NCBI GenBank assembly: GCA_013265495.1
Contig: MU061579.1
Location: 4,302,327-4,366,326 of the forward strand
DNA: 64,000 nucleotides
Origin: Vicugna vicugna
Lineage: Eukaryota
Direction: 5' to 3'
Shown: positions 41,064-54,239 of the stretch, one piece after another
Numbering within the stretch: the first letter of the stretch is position 1
How the letters are laid out: every line of letters begins with the position of its first letter
Program-made: the position numbers and the translations under genes
Notes under the pieces: model-generated
Database searches by the model: none
What the model was told of the DNA's origin: nothing
What the model saw: the letters and a program-made list of their open reading frames with translations, nothing else

Positions 41064-41072
41064 GCAAGCCAG
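41064..41072 (+). other. Candidate 9-nt microexon (GCAAGCCAG)
   Basis: Flanked by tctgtttccttcgcag and gtgagt; frame-preserving; host gene unknown. Confidence 0.2.
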
Positions 41073-42613
41073 GTGAGTTTGCTAGAGAACAGAAGTTCTG
41101 ATGAGACAATGTACTGACCCACTTTGTCTCCCCACAGATGATCCCAGCTGGCAGAGTGTGCACTCATTGTTCAAAGAAGGCCATATTTTTTGACTTTTTA
41201 TTATATCTCTCCTAGGAAATAAAAATATAAATGTTGTTGTGTTATCTGTAGAGATCAAAAAAAAAGGTGGATCTGATATTTGAAAGAGCCAAATCCCATG
41301 TGAAATTATCCTCACATTAAAATGGAAGCAATGATTAATAATTGCAAGTATAAACCAGGTGTCTGTCATCATTTTTTATTCTAATCTCATTACAGACACA
41401 GGAAACTTTGAAGTATATCTTCAATATATAAAACAAGAAATTATGTATCTTCAATTTACTTGTGTAATACACAGTTCTAAGGAATGTCTTTCAAAGAGAA
41501 AGAGTGACAGAATTGAAGAACAGAGACAGGGAAATAGGCTCCTTATTTTGTTGATGCTGGTCAAATGCTAAAAACACCTGGATTTCAGATACCAGAGAAT
41601 ATGTTGACTTAAACGAAGAAATGAGGCTAGTTCATACTCACAGGGTTGTTTTGAAGGAAACACTGGCAAGACCATGTACTATTTCATTACCTGTACTTGA
41701 GAACTTGACCAAAAACTGAGTAAAAGTTACTAGGATTTTACAACTAAACAAAATAATGTTTTCTCATCAGCGATGAGAACCAACATGGTCAATTTTCACA
41801 ACCTTTTGGTAAGTTCTCAACCTACTATGATGTAAAGAAAAGCGCGTGGCTTTAGGATCTTTGAGAAGAGGGTCTGCATCTCAGTAACCCATCTGAGTTA
41901 CTTTAGGTAAGGTATTTAACTCTCTCATCTGTCCAGGCATTGAGAGTAAGTAAAGGAGAAAAACAAAGACATGTGGTTTTTAATTATGAAGATTTGTAAT
42001 TTCAGCACAAATTTGACTTTCAAATGTAGAGAAAAAGACAAGGGAGAAAGGTATGTCATAAAATATTCTTGGATCCAGGAAAAGGTGCTCTGTTTATTGT
42101 CATGGCTTGTGCTTTAAACCTGCATATTTATTCTAACTGGGTACAAGTTAACTCTAGTAACTTGAAAGTATTAAATCAGCAAATTTATTGATTCTGCATT
42201 TATTCAATTCATTTATATTTAGACTGTATAAAAAGGGGGAATATATTACCAACATCAATGCATTTAGAGGGACAATACACAGAAGTGAAGTACACAGATC
42301 CATATAAGAGATAATAAAATTAACAAAAATTTTGGAGGAAAATCACAAAGAAGGACACAGTGGTTAATATCATCAAGTGAGGGTCCCATTGGGTAAAGCA
42401 CACAACTGAAACAATGTGCTTTTTAATAAAACTTATTAAGTCTTTAAGTCATTGATTTTTCAATAAAATACCTTTACTGACCATCATATTTACAGCTCTG
42501 CAGACCATATCTGAGTTGGAAAATTTACCCTGGGCTTTGTCACTGCCCTATACTCAAACCTATGATTACATGGCTTTAGGGAACTTGCATAAGCACACCA
42601 ATGCTCAATTTCT

Positions 42614-42848
42614 TTTCTTTTTTTTAATATATAAACTTTTTTTTATTGAGTTATAGTCATTTTACAATGTTGTGTCAAATTCCAGTGTAGAGCACAATTT
42701 TTTCAGTTATACATGAACATACATACATTCATTGTCACATTCTCTTTTGCTGTGAGCCACCCCAAGACCCTGTATATATTTCCCTGTGCTACTCAGTACA
42801 ATCTTGTTTATCTATTCTACATTTTGAAATCCCAGTCCCTTCCCACCC
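42614..42848 (-). mobile_element. Short 5'-truncated young L1 3' end inserted in a MIR, with a perfect 16-bp TSD
   Basis: TSD ccaatgctcaatttct at 42598-42613 and 42849-42864; T-rich tail at 42614-42644. Body ttattgagttatagtcattttacaatgttgtgtcaaattccagtgtag is similar to the other L1 3' UTRs; flanks form a MIR (~42500-42975). Confidence 0.9.
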
Positions 42849-42982
42849 CCAATGCTCAATTTCTGTATTGAGAAAATAGGCATAATTGTATTTCCTTGCA
42901 AGACTGTATAAGCATCAGATGTACCCATGAAAGGACTACCATCTGTACACATCATGCAAGGGATGTGTTATTAGTGTTTGTT

Positions 42983-43015
<33 letters not shown>
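42983..43015. repeat. (ATG)11 trinucleotide microsatellite
   Basis: Perfect run at the tail of the MIR. Confidence 0.95.
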
Positions 43016-46000
43016 TTGATGGTGATAACGATGCTGTGGAGAAGGATGCTATACCAGTCTCTAGCACTTTAGTCATTTATGTGTAGTATATATATGTGTA
43101 TTTACATATCTGTGTAAATATATATATCATGTATACATAAATATATGCATATTAGATGTATAAGGCAAGATGAGCTTCCCAATCTCAAGGTCATAATTCA
43201 TAATTCAGTGGGTTGCACACACACACAAATACAGTGTAAAAACAAAAATCCAATACTACAGTTTTATGTGCAAACTACTAGAGACAAATAGAAAATGAGG
43301 TGCCTAACTCAAGCTGGTTCGACAATTTGTCTCACAGATGTCCTTATATTAGAACCATGTAGACAAGACAGAAAGATAAATACACTTCTACATGTTTGGT
43401 ACATTTCTTATGACTCCTCAGGAATTTCCTTTTCTTCAGTTTACTATCCTATTCCTTTAGTTATTCCCCACTTGGGGCAATTTTAAGTCCTCTTACAAAT
43501 CTTATCAGTTCCCTCTGAATATGTTGATTTACTTACATTACTTTCAATTATTGTCCTTATAATGGAATGCAATATTTTTGTAATTCTAGTGAACAGAAGA
43601 AATGACCATAAACCATCTTCTGTGTACCACTGTTCTATTACCGCACCCGAAGTAAGCAACACGTGCTGAATCTGATAGATAATTAAGCCCCACCAAAAAT
43701 CAGGATATTGTGAGCTTAATTCATATGATGTGGAAATGAATACAGTACAGAAAAATGTATGTCAGATCTGGATCCTTCTCGTCCAAGTGAACTGGAGTGA
43801 GAAAAACCCAAACTTGATATTAAGATAAAAACTAACACAATGTTTTAAAACAGCAATCTACAAATTCTACTAGTAGACTTTGAATGAATTAAAGTTCGCA
43901 CTGGGTACACACAGGGAAAATTTCAAACTTGACAAGTTTGTAGAGTTTCAGAATCTTGTGACTACAGTATAGATTTCAAATATAAAATGCATTTCTATTT
44001 ATATATAATACAACCAAGAGGATGTATCAATCTGTACATGATAAGTATTTTTACCTTAACACAAATAAGACTCCCTTTCAAATTATCCCAGGGGTTCACT
44101 ACTCAGGGTGCTTTCTAAGTTTTAGAAAGAGGTTCTCTGTGGCTTTGTGTACAGATGCCACCTCAAGCCATTAAGGCAACTTTTCTGTTCCCAGTACCTT
44201 CATGAGAGCATTACTCCACTGTACACAGTCATCTCCGCATCTCCACCACCTGATGGTGGTTCTCTTCTAGACTCAAGTAAGGAACCCTGGATCTCCCCCA
44301 CTACCCCATTAAAGCTTCAGGCATGTTTATGCTCATTTTTATACAACTGAAAAAAAATCTGGAATTAAATAAAAAGAAAAAAGTTGACCTGACTATGTGT
44401 TCAGAGATAATGGAAGAAAGTAACAACAAAAGTAGTTTGAGGTAGTAAATGTATTTGGGCAAGTCCAGACACATCCTCAATGTAACTCGGGAAGCCTCCA
44501 GGCTTGCCAGCTGGCACACCTCCACCCTGCAGGGACTAGAGCTGTCTCTACACAGTATAGGAAGCAGTGCTCTGAGTTAATAAAACTTTACATTCTCCAA
44601 GAAACCGCTGCATATATTTTCCCTTCCTTCTACCTTGATGATTGATTCCTAACACCGCATTCCTTTTTCTAGACTGCTTTCCAGGAGAATTGGCAGTGAT
44701 GCCCACTGCTATCATGGAAAACCCTATTCTTGGCAGCTTATACTCTGAATTTGCTTGTCTTTTTCAATTCAATTCACATACTATACGGGTTACTCGGTAA
44801 CATTTTTTTTTTTAAATGTGAGTAAAATATGTCATACTTCCAGTAATTTAGTGTATAAACATTGAGAGATAGTTTTAGCTTTTAGAACTATCTAGAGTAT
44901 TGTATCTTAAAATTTCTGAAGAATTTGCTTTGAGATTAAATTATTATCCACACATCTTTTATCACATGTAGAAGACTACAATACATAGCATTTTAATAAT
45001 TTAACACCATAGGAAATGTATTAAGACAAAATCTGTCTTAACTTAAATAACATCTTAGATAAACCTGTGGGTTGGCTAATGTTTTAATATTCCTACCAAT
45101 ATATTAATTTTTTTAACCCAGCAGTTTGAAAATTTTCTAAAAAATAGATTTCTGCAAGGCATATTAACGTTGCTTTGACAATATCTTTATGGAAAAGATC
45201 TGTGCTGAAGCAATTTATAGCATTTATAAAGAATGGTTGTATTATAAAAACGCATATAATATACCTTGATAAATTCTATTTTTGAAATTTAAAATATCAG
45301 CAAAAATACTTCTGTATAGAATATTTTATGACAAACCCCAAATAATTCTATCTAATTAGATGACAAGTTTTAAAATGTTAGTAATTAAAGACTACCTTGA
45401 AAGTCATATATTTTCAAGCTTAAGACTATGTTTGAGCATGCAAGATAGCATTCACAGGTCTCAGTGCCATCTGCATTTCATTACTCACTTTTATCATGGA
45501 AGGTAAAGGTCAATCTTGTTGACACAAAATGTGTAAAACACAGGTTATTCAGACAATAAGATTTGCCACATTTATTGCAGAGTTCTCCAAATTATTTTTG
45601 CCATTAAAATTAGAAAATAAGATGTTGAAACATTTATATAACAAATTCAAATGGTCGTACTGGAATGAGAAGATGCGTGCAGTAGTTATTCAGTTAACTA
45701 GATTCTGAGCTAATATCAGGGAATATGAGCTCCATTTTCGTAACTTTCATTTCACATTTCGGTCAGCAGAAATGAAATGAATTTGTTCTTGTGCCCACAT
45801 ATTTAAGTGAAGAAAATTATTTTGTAGGAAATAACTGTATCTGTGGCTGATGTCTATGCATTGCTTTTTCAGCCTTAATGAATGTCAGGTACACTCTAGT
45901 AGGGCAGGACAGAGGGTGATGAATAATTAGGGGTTTTGATGTGACCTATAAACTTAGCATTTCTCAGCTGAGTAGGGTTCTTACAAAAATCAGATCAGCC

Positions 46001-46234
46001 TTTAGAAGTCTGTGCAATAACAATCTTATTTAACACCATTTTAACCTTCACTGGATGCCCCAGGACATGATTGCTTTTACATTCTTATGACAGTTCCTCT
46101 TCCAATGATGTCAAATGTTTATTGTTTGTTTAAAACAGGGAAGAAAGTTTCCATTCACTAACCGTTGCAAAACTAAATACAAGTTAAAGAATGATTAAAT
46201 TCACAAAGGTACTTTTAATAGAAATATTAGTTAT

Positions 46235-46452
46235 TAACAGATTCACATTACTATATATAAAATAGATAAACAACAAAAACCTATTGTGTAGCACAGGGAA
46301 CTTTATTCAGTTGCTTGCAATAAGCCATAATAGAAAAGAAACTGAAAAAATATATATGTATGTATGTATATGTATAAATGAATTGCTTTGCTGTACAGCT
46401 AAAACTCACATTGTAAATCAACTACGCTTCAATTTGAAAAAGGAAAAAAGAA
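46235..46452 (+). mobile_element. Short 5'-truncated L1 3' end with a near-perfect TSD
   Basis: actatatataaaatagataaacaac...gcacagggaactttattcag...cattgtaaatcaactacgcttcaatt plus A-tail; TSD aaatattagttat (46222-46234) / aaaaattagttat (46453-46465). Confidence 0.9.
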
Positions 46453-48029
46453 AAAAATTAGTTATGAAAACTACAAAACAAGACTAAAAAGTGAAATATA
46501 AAAATGTAATTGTAATGCAGTATGCGCAACGGCTGTTTACAATTTCTGACGAATTCGAATTCAGCTGTTAAGCTTTCCCTCTTCATAGGAGTTTGATTTC
46601 TAAAAACAACATTGCCTACTGTAAAGGTAAGGAGAATGATCTCTCTCAGATATCCAGCATGTGCTGGAAATGCCATTATGTATTTTGCATGTATTATCTT
46701 GATTAGTATTTAAGTCAAATTTAATTCTTTAAGGGGAGCATAATTATTAGATATTTAGTTTAGAGGTGAGAATACAAAACCTCAAAAAGTAGAATGAAAC
46801 TAGTAACTGGAGGAGCCAATATTCAAGTCTAAAACCATATGGCTCACAACTGGGGTTCTTTGTGATGTTTCATAATGTTTGTTCAAAATAACAAAAAAGT
46901 TTATTTGGCAAAATCAGTCTGACGGGTATCTTTCATATTTTATTACCAATCCTCAAAAAGACTCTGAAAGGCAAAATCTCTGAGCTTTATTTGACCTAAT
47001 TCACCACAAAATTTCCAATAATTACGGAGAGAAAAAGATTTAGGAGGTCCTATAACTTCCAGGAAAAAAAAAATATAAATCCACTCTTGGCAAATTCCAA
47101 GAGTAAATACAGATTTTTCAGAATAACCAGGCAGAAACAATATGGCTATGTCAAAGAGTATTTATCAACCTAAGAATACAGAAAAAAAGTCAGTTCAGCC
47201 AGAATATATAATAGATATCAACAACATTCTCCAACATCATGGCACAAGCTAACTGCCTTCCAAAGCCTTGCCAGTAGGCAAATGTCATTGAGAAAGAATT
47301 TTAAAATCACATAAAAACTTCTAGAATTATAACTCTTCCTCCTACTGTCCCACACATATCATGTACGTTGTTTCAGATATATAGTGGTGGCCACCTCATC
47401 TTGAGTAGAAACGGCTTCTTGATATGTGAGTTAAAACAGAAGAGGGAAAGATTGAGAGAGAGAGGAGGTGGGAGAAGAATACAATTTTTGGGATAGGATT
47501 CAGGATAAGTGTAATTAGAAAGAACACTACTCATCCATTCATTCAATTATTCCCAGACACTGCAGGCTACAACAAAGTGATTCGGGTCCCTCCTGATCCT
47601 GATGCTGAGAAATAGAACAAGAGCCAAACATCCCTAGTACCTCCGGGAAGCAGGCTAAGTAGCAATAGGGCTTTAGAAAGACCGTAGGCATCATCCAGTG
47701 AAAGAGAAATGCAGAAGACAGGTTAGGGATAAAACTGTGGGAAAAATATTTACTCTGGCCATACTAACCTGAGGTGTGACCTCTCCGCCATGATGCCATC
47801 ACTCCTGTTTTGATAGAGTGACATTTGGTGTCCTCCTGTTGATCTTCCGACTCATCAGAACCCCTGTTACCTCTCCATCTCCACCCACACTACGGCTCAT
47901 TACCCTGTTCCTTACAATTACACCTGTAAATCAAGGGAATTTGATAAACATTTACTTCTGTAATTGAAATACTCATATTTCTTATGATCATTTAGTAATT
48001 CATCTAGTAGGCCAAATGTTTATTTTATT

Positions 48030-49200
48030 TGTAGTCAAGTTTACTGACATAAAATTTATATACAGTGAAATTCAATGTTATTAGGGTATATTTATGAATT
48101 TGGACAAATGAACACAATTATGTAACCACCATCACAATCAAGATATAGAAGAGATTTATCACACGCAAGATACTTTCTCTTGTCCCTTTTAATCAATCCT
48201 TTTCAATTGTGATCAGTACCTTGCAACCTCTGATCTGTTTTCTCTCTTTGTAATATTGCCTTTTCCAGAATATTACATGAGTGTCATAGAGTACATATTC
48301 TTTTGAATATGGCTTTTTTTCATGCAACATAATGTATTTGACATGCATCTGTACTATTGCAGGTATCAGTACATTTTTTTTCCTTTTATGAGTGAGAAGT
48401 ATTGCGTTTTATAAATATACCACAGTTAGTTTAATTACTCAATAAGTGAATGACGTTTAGATTGTTTCCAAATATCAGTTACCATATATAATGTGGCAAT
48501 AAATATTTGTATAGAGGTTTTGGTGTGAGCGTAATTTTTTATTTATCTTGGCTAAATGCCCAGGACTAGGTTGGATTGGCTCTATGGAAAGTATATGTGT
48601 AACTTCATAAGAAAATGCCAAACTGTTTTTCAAAATGATTGACCATTTTGCGTTCCCTCCAACAATATATGAGAATTTCAGTTGATTAGCATCCTTTTTA
48701 GCTTTGGTATTACATATATTTTTTCTGATCATCTGATAGGTATGCATCTGATTTTGGTTTGAATATTTATTTCTCTAATGATTAATCATTTAGTTTAGAG
48801 GAAAGTATGTTTTCAAGTTCTTCCCATCTGTATATATTTTTTGTGAAGATGTCAGACTATAGATAATTTGAATAATCCAAGGTTGAAAGCTATTTTCATA
48901 TGTTTCCCTCAAGAAGTTGCATAGTTTTAGATTGTTTATTTGAACCAACAATTCATCTGAGTTTATGTGAGGTATGAATTCAGGGTTTTTTTTTTCTGCA
49001 TATGGATGTCCAATTTTTTCAGCACCAATTGTTGAAAAGGCTAGTCTTCCTCCAATATTGTTGATATTCAGTTAACCACATTTTTGTGTGGGTCCACTTT
49101 TGGCTTTTTTTCCTATCCCATGGACTTAATGTCTGTCTCTTTCCTACCACCACAATATCTTGTTTACTGTAACTTTAAAGTAAGTCTTGAAATCAGTGTG
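48030..49200 (-). mobile_element. Old L1MC-type element, 3' portion
   Basis: tgtaaccaccatcacaatcaagatatag...ctgatctgttttctctct...ttgccttttccagaat...aactgtttttcaaaatgattgaccattttgcgttcc...cagcaccaattgttgaaaagg; ORF 48475-48747 is L1 ORF2-like. Confidence 0.9.
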
Positions 49201-49229
49201 CATTCTGAAATTTTGCTCTATACATTTCA

Positions 49230-49660
49230 AGCCAAAGAATCATTTAAAAAAAATCCAGGCACATTATAATCCTATTGCTAAGAAACTAGTGAAAAGAAAA
49301 AAAAATCTAAAATACAGCCCCCAGAAAACACACATAATGTATAGAGGAATAGAGATATGTATGAATGACAGCCCACTTCCCATCAGAAACTATTAAATCC
49401 AGAAGCCTATAGGACAAAATCTTTTACAGGCTGGGAGAGACTTTTTGTTTTTCACATAAACAAGAGTTAAGAGAATTTGTCATCAGTAGACATATTACAG
49501 GGGATTATAAAATGTTTCTTTAGGAAGATAGAAGGTGATACTGAATAGAAATCTCAGCCTACGTAAGAGAAGGCTGACCACTTGAAATGGCAAATATTTG
49601 AGTGAATAGAAAATATATCTAATCATTTATTTAAGCCCTTTATAAAAATGTAACTGACTA
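49230..49660 (+). mobile_element. Old L1 ORF1 C-terminal fragment
   Basis: ccaggcacattataatc...aaaatctaaaatacagcc...cttccatcagaaactattaaatccagaag...taagagaatttgtcatcagtagac. Confidence 0.7.
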
Positions 49661-49694
49661 TTTAACTATACACACATACATATATATACACACA

Positions 49695-49880
49695 TGTAGT
49701 ATGTGCCAGGCAATGTAGTTGGTATTCTCATTTTTATTCTTCTGTTTGATCTCACAACAATTCTGTTAAGTCTTTTCCACATGAGGAAACAGGGATGAGG
49801 ATAGGTGTCACACAAATGGTAAGTATAGAATCTTGATTCAAACTAAGACCTTTTGAATCCAAAGCCACTCTCTCCACCAT
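49695..49880 (-). mobile_element. MIR SINE
   Basis: atgtgccaggcaatg...atctcacaacaattctg...atgaggaaacaggg...gtcacacaaatggtaagt...gattcaaactaag...tccaaagcc. Confidence 0.75.
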
Positions 49881-50139
49881 GTTGCTGGAAACTTCTTCTG
49901 GCCTTTGGGCTACCCAGCTGCCTGAGTTGGGCCAACTCACTACCTTCCCCCTAACAGGGACAAACATCTCTTCCATTTCTGGAACCAGCCTCTAAAACAA
50001 CACAGTGATGTTTATCTAGATTCTATCAGATGCACTGAGTTCATAATTCATTTCATGAGAGAAAGACTACAGTCAATTAACAACTTGGCTTGGATGTTGA
50101 AGTTTGCCATCCAGCTTTCTTTGTGTGTATCTGTGTGTG

Positions 50140-50350
50140 GGCAACTGGCACTTATAGTCAAAAACAACCTTCACCAAGATCTCATGCCTTATACAAATAT
50201 TAGTTCACAATGGATCACAGAATTAAATGTAAAATTATAAAAATTGAAGAAAAATAGGAGAAAATCTCTACAATGTGGGGCTAGGAAAAGACATTTTACA
50301 CTTGACACCAAAAGCATTACTTAGTGAAATTGCTAAGTTGGACATCATCA
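50140..50350 (+). mobile_element. L1M ORF2 fragment
   Basis: ctcatgccttatacaaatattagttcacaatggatcacagaattaaatgtaaaa...gacaccaaaagca. Confidence 0.75.
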
Positions 50351-52959
50351 AACATACACACACACATATATATTAAAGGCAAAATAGCATCAACATTTTA
50401 AATAATAAAATACTTGGGAGATATGATAACGTATTTTTACTGCAGTATTTTGATACAATGAGAACATATTTTACACCTTTTAACAGTAACCTCTTTTTTA
50501 TCGCAGTGTGATAAAAGGCCTTATAATTATCTATAATTGTTTTAATGAATTTTAACTAAATTCAATATGCATGTCATTACGTTTTTAAAAATCTGCAATT
50601 TTTCTAGGCAGTTAATAAGCAAATGTCATTAAATCATTAGAGGTTTGCACATATTGAACCTAATAGAGCATCAATTTTAACCTAATAAACTATTTTGAAA
50701 ACCAATACTGTATGTCTAAAAATACATGGAAAGTTATTCAAGACATATTTTCTAAGTATAGAAATACTCAGAAGCTGAATAATCAGCAAAGCATTACAAG
50801 TATTTAAAATCATGTGGTTGCATATGAATATCCATTCAGGGTTAACAAAGCTTGAGAACAGAAAAAGTCAAAAGAACATCAAATACATCAAAGCTTGGAT
50901 TATTTTATGAATATGAATATGTGATTCCCAGGTGTAATGTTTTTAGCATTTGAGTTCTGTATTTAATCTAGATGAGTCTTATTTGAAATCAGAACCAGCC
51001 TTTCAGAATACTAAATATCAATTCCCCATGTCTCAAGCATGTCAGTAAATTGCTTAGACAATACGTATAATTGAATTTAACTTGATTACTAAGTCGACTT
51101 TAAATAATTCTAAGAGAAATAAAACGAAGAAAGATGAAGAAAAGGCAAATATACATAAAGTTGAAGAAAATAATGAGTATGCTCACTCTGTTGCCCACGC
51201 ACTACCTCTGCATCACTGCACTTGCGGCAGCACTGGTTCCTAGGCTTTGCACACTCTTTCACTTTCAAAGGTATGGAGTCACTAGAAATCTGGTGGATAA
51301 GAGAGGAATGGAAGGAACATTCAGGCAGAGAAAAGAGCGTGAGAGAAGTGTCAGAAATGAGAAAGCCCAGAGTTTCAAGAAGTCATGGATAGTCGGGCTT
51401 AACATGAACATAATGTGCAAGAAAGGCAATCCAAATCCTTTCTACTCTCATCATCTCTCACAGATAGGGCCTGCAAGCAGTTCCCAGAGCACATCTAATT
51501 TCTATGACTACCCTTTTTTGTGGCAGAAATTGTCCCCAATTCTTATACCACACTATTGAATAAACATTCACATAGAGATTTAATGTAAGCAGTTATTACC
51601 TGCATCTGGGACTCGGACATAAAAACCTGGGTTACAAAGGTATAAACAGTATTTAAATTCAAAGGATTTTAATAAGATAGTTTGGTTCCTATAAGATAGA
51701 GAAAAGTTTACAATTAACCCCTGTGCTTTACAACATAGTTAAGTGAGAGGCCAAGTCTGCAAGTGGTATTTGAAAGGACATGTAATGGTGTAGAAGAGTA
51801 TGTAATCTTAAAGGACTAGTTATGAAATGAGTCAAGAAGGAATCAAATGTGTTAACTGCTGATAGTTTAAGTAAGATTAGAGCTGAGAATAAGGCATTGG
51901 GTTCAGCAAGAGATCTTACTAAGATGGGATCAGTGGACCAATAGGCATGTAGATATGTCTGCAGAGTGATAAATAAAATAACTAGATATGAATACATGGA
52001 GAAAGTTAATTTAGACAATTGTCACAAGTTGTGTTTTTTAAGGAGGAGCGGAGATTTGGAAATAAAGGTGTGGTCTGGACATTTGGCACAGTCTCACCGT
52101 GCTTTGCATGAAAATTAAAAAGATAAGGATGCTTATTATGTGCATTTATAAGAGTTTACAAAATTTAGTAAATAGTAAATTACAGATTTCAAAAATCTGC
52201 TTTATTTAGTTGATAGTCTGTGATGGTTTCCTCAGAGCTGTTATATACTATTATGTAAATACCTGATCACTGACACCCTGCATTGCTACTCTAGCCTACG
52301 TAAAGATTCCAGTGGAGTCATCACAGATTGTTGTGTAAATGCCTGATTGCAAGCATTTAAGATGGTTATGATTTACTTGATAGTTTGTAATAGATTTTTC
52401 AAAGTAGGCATATAGCAGAACTATTCATGTCCTTTAGTGTTCAAGACCTAACTTAAAAAAGAATATCTGATTCTATTTATGTATGTGTGTGTAATACAGA
52501 TCAACATTATCATAGAAATATTTTGAGTTTTAAGGATGCAATATTTCATCAATTGAAACTTGATGCCCTTTTGAAGTCACACAGATGTGGCAATAATTGA
52601 TTCTCCTAGCTACTAGCTAGTTTTAGCTTTTTAACTTCATTCTACATTGCTTACTTAAATTGGAAAATTTCCACCATGGAAATGTTCTTATTTCTTTGCT
52701 TCTTCTTGTACATGCATCTTACTGCCTTCTGAGTAGAGAAGATCATGAATAAGTTCACTTAATTCTATAAATCTGCTTAAGTTGTTATGAAGAGCTTTCA
52801 AGATTAGGTCCCTCTGTACCATCCCACCATTATCATACTTGGTATATGTTCCAATAGATTAAACTATAATTTTTTTCTAAAGTAACAAATTCCATGGTAA
52901 GATTTGTGCCTGTATCTATGCACTATTTAATATAACAACAATTTCAGTGAAGACTACCT

Positions 52960-54200
52960 GGGTGCAAACTGAGGCAGCAGATAGCAGTATAAAATTTCAT
53001 GGCCAGGATAAAACTTATTGACAAGGTCTGACAAAACTTGAAAGAGGTAAGAAATTTAGCAATGTAGACATCAGATATCATGAGGGTATTATTCCAGGAA
53101 GAAAAACTGGCATTTAGTGCAAAGGCCCTAAGATAGAAGCATTCTGTATGCTCAACAAAGGCCAAGGAGGCCAGTGGGACTGAATTAGAGTAAGTAAGTG
53201 GAGGTGTATAGCAGGAGGTCAGCTCAGAGAAGTAACGATGTAAAGTACACCTTGGGCACTTTTTTGGCTGTTCTAGCTTTTGCTCTGACAGAAGAGGGAA
53301 GACATTACAGAATTTGAGACCCAGGGTTCTGTGCTGTTGAGAGTAAAGTGTAGGGACAAAAAAGTGGAGATGGAAAAGACAGTTGTTAAACTTGATGAAC
53401 CAAACAACGGTGATAAAGGACTGAGACATGGTATTCTATCAAATTGGATATAGAATGTGAGAGAAAAAAGAAGATATAAGGTCAATTTAAGATAATTGCC
53501 CTGAGCAGGGGATTGGTTAGATTTGTGATCAACAGGCCAGGAAGGAAGACCCACCTTGGGGGAGGGAGATGGAAGATCAGTTCAGATTTGTACATGTTGA
53601 AGATGAGATAACTGCTCAAAATTCATGTAGGAAATTATTTAAATGAAGCTGGAATTTAGAGGAGAGAGCTGAAGAGAGCTTGAAGATATGAGTTATAGAC
53701 ATAGAGATGGCATTTGAAGCCAGTGGACTAAATATAATAATCATCAAATTGAGGAAGAGTATATGTAGAAGTGTACAAAGTCTAGAACCTTAGTTCCTGA
53801 ACACTCCAATATTAGGATGGTGGGAGAAATAGAAACAGCCAGAAATGATGTCAAGAAATAACCAGAGAGATAATAAAGAAAATGAGGAGATGATTTTTTT
53901 CAAACTCAAAGAAGATATATAAAAATTAACTGTCAAATTCTGCAGACAGATCATACAAGACAAAAATTGAAGTGTGGACCATTGGATTTAGCAATATGTA
54001 AGCCAGCACCTACCTCAACAAGAGTAATGGGAGTGAAAGCCTGATTGGACTGTGTTTTGGAGTGAATGGGAGGAGAGGAATTGAAAACAGCAAGAACAGA
54101 CAATTTTTTAGGAGAATTTGTTGTTGTTGACGCTAAGAACATAGAAGTTGGGTGGTAGCTAGTGGGGTAAAATGAGTCTACGTAAACATTTTGCTCACAT
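52960..54200 (-). mobile_element. Long L2 remnant (probably continues at ~54860-55050 beyond the MLT1D)
   Basis: gtgcaaaggccctaagatagaagc...caaaggccaaggaggccagtgggactgaattagag...gatcagttcagatttgtacatgttgaag...ccattggatttagcaata...gtgaaagcctgattggac. Confidence 0.85.
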
Positions 54201-54239
54201 GCTTGTTTTTAAATGTGCTGATAATAGGATATTTGTGTT

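Noticed and set aside
52944..53429. Longest ORF (161 aa)
   Set aside because: Falls in the decayed L2 3' region and has no recognisable domain.
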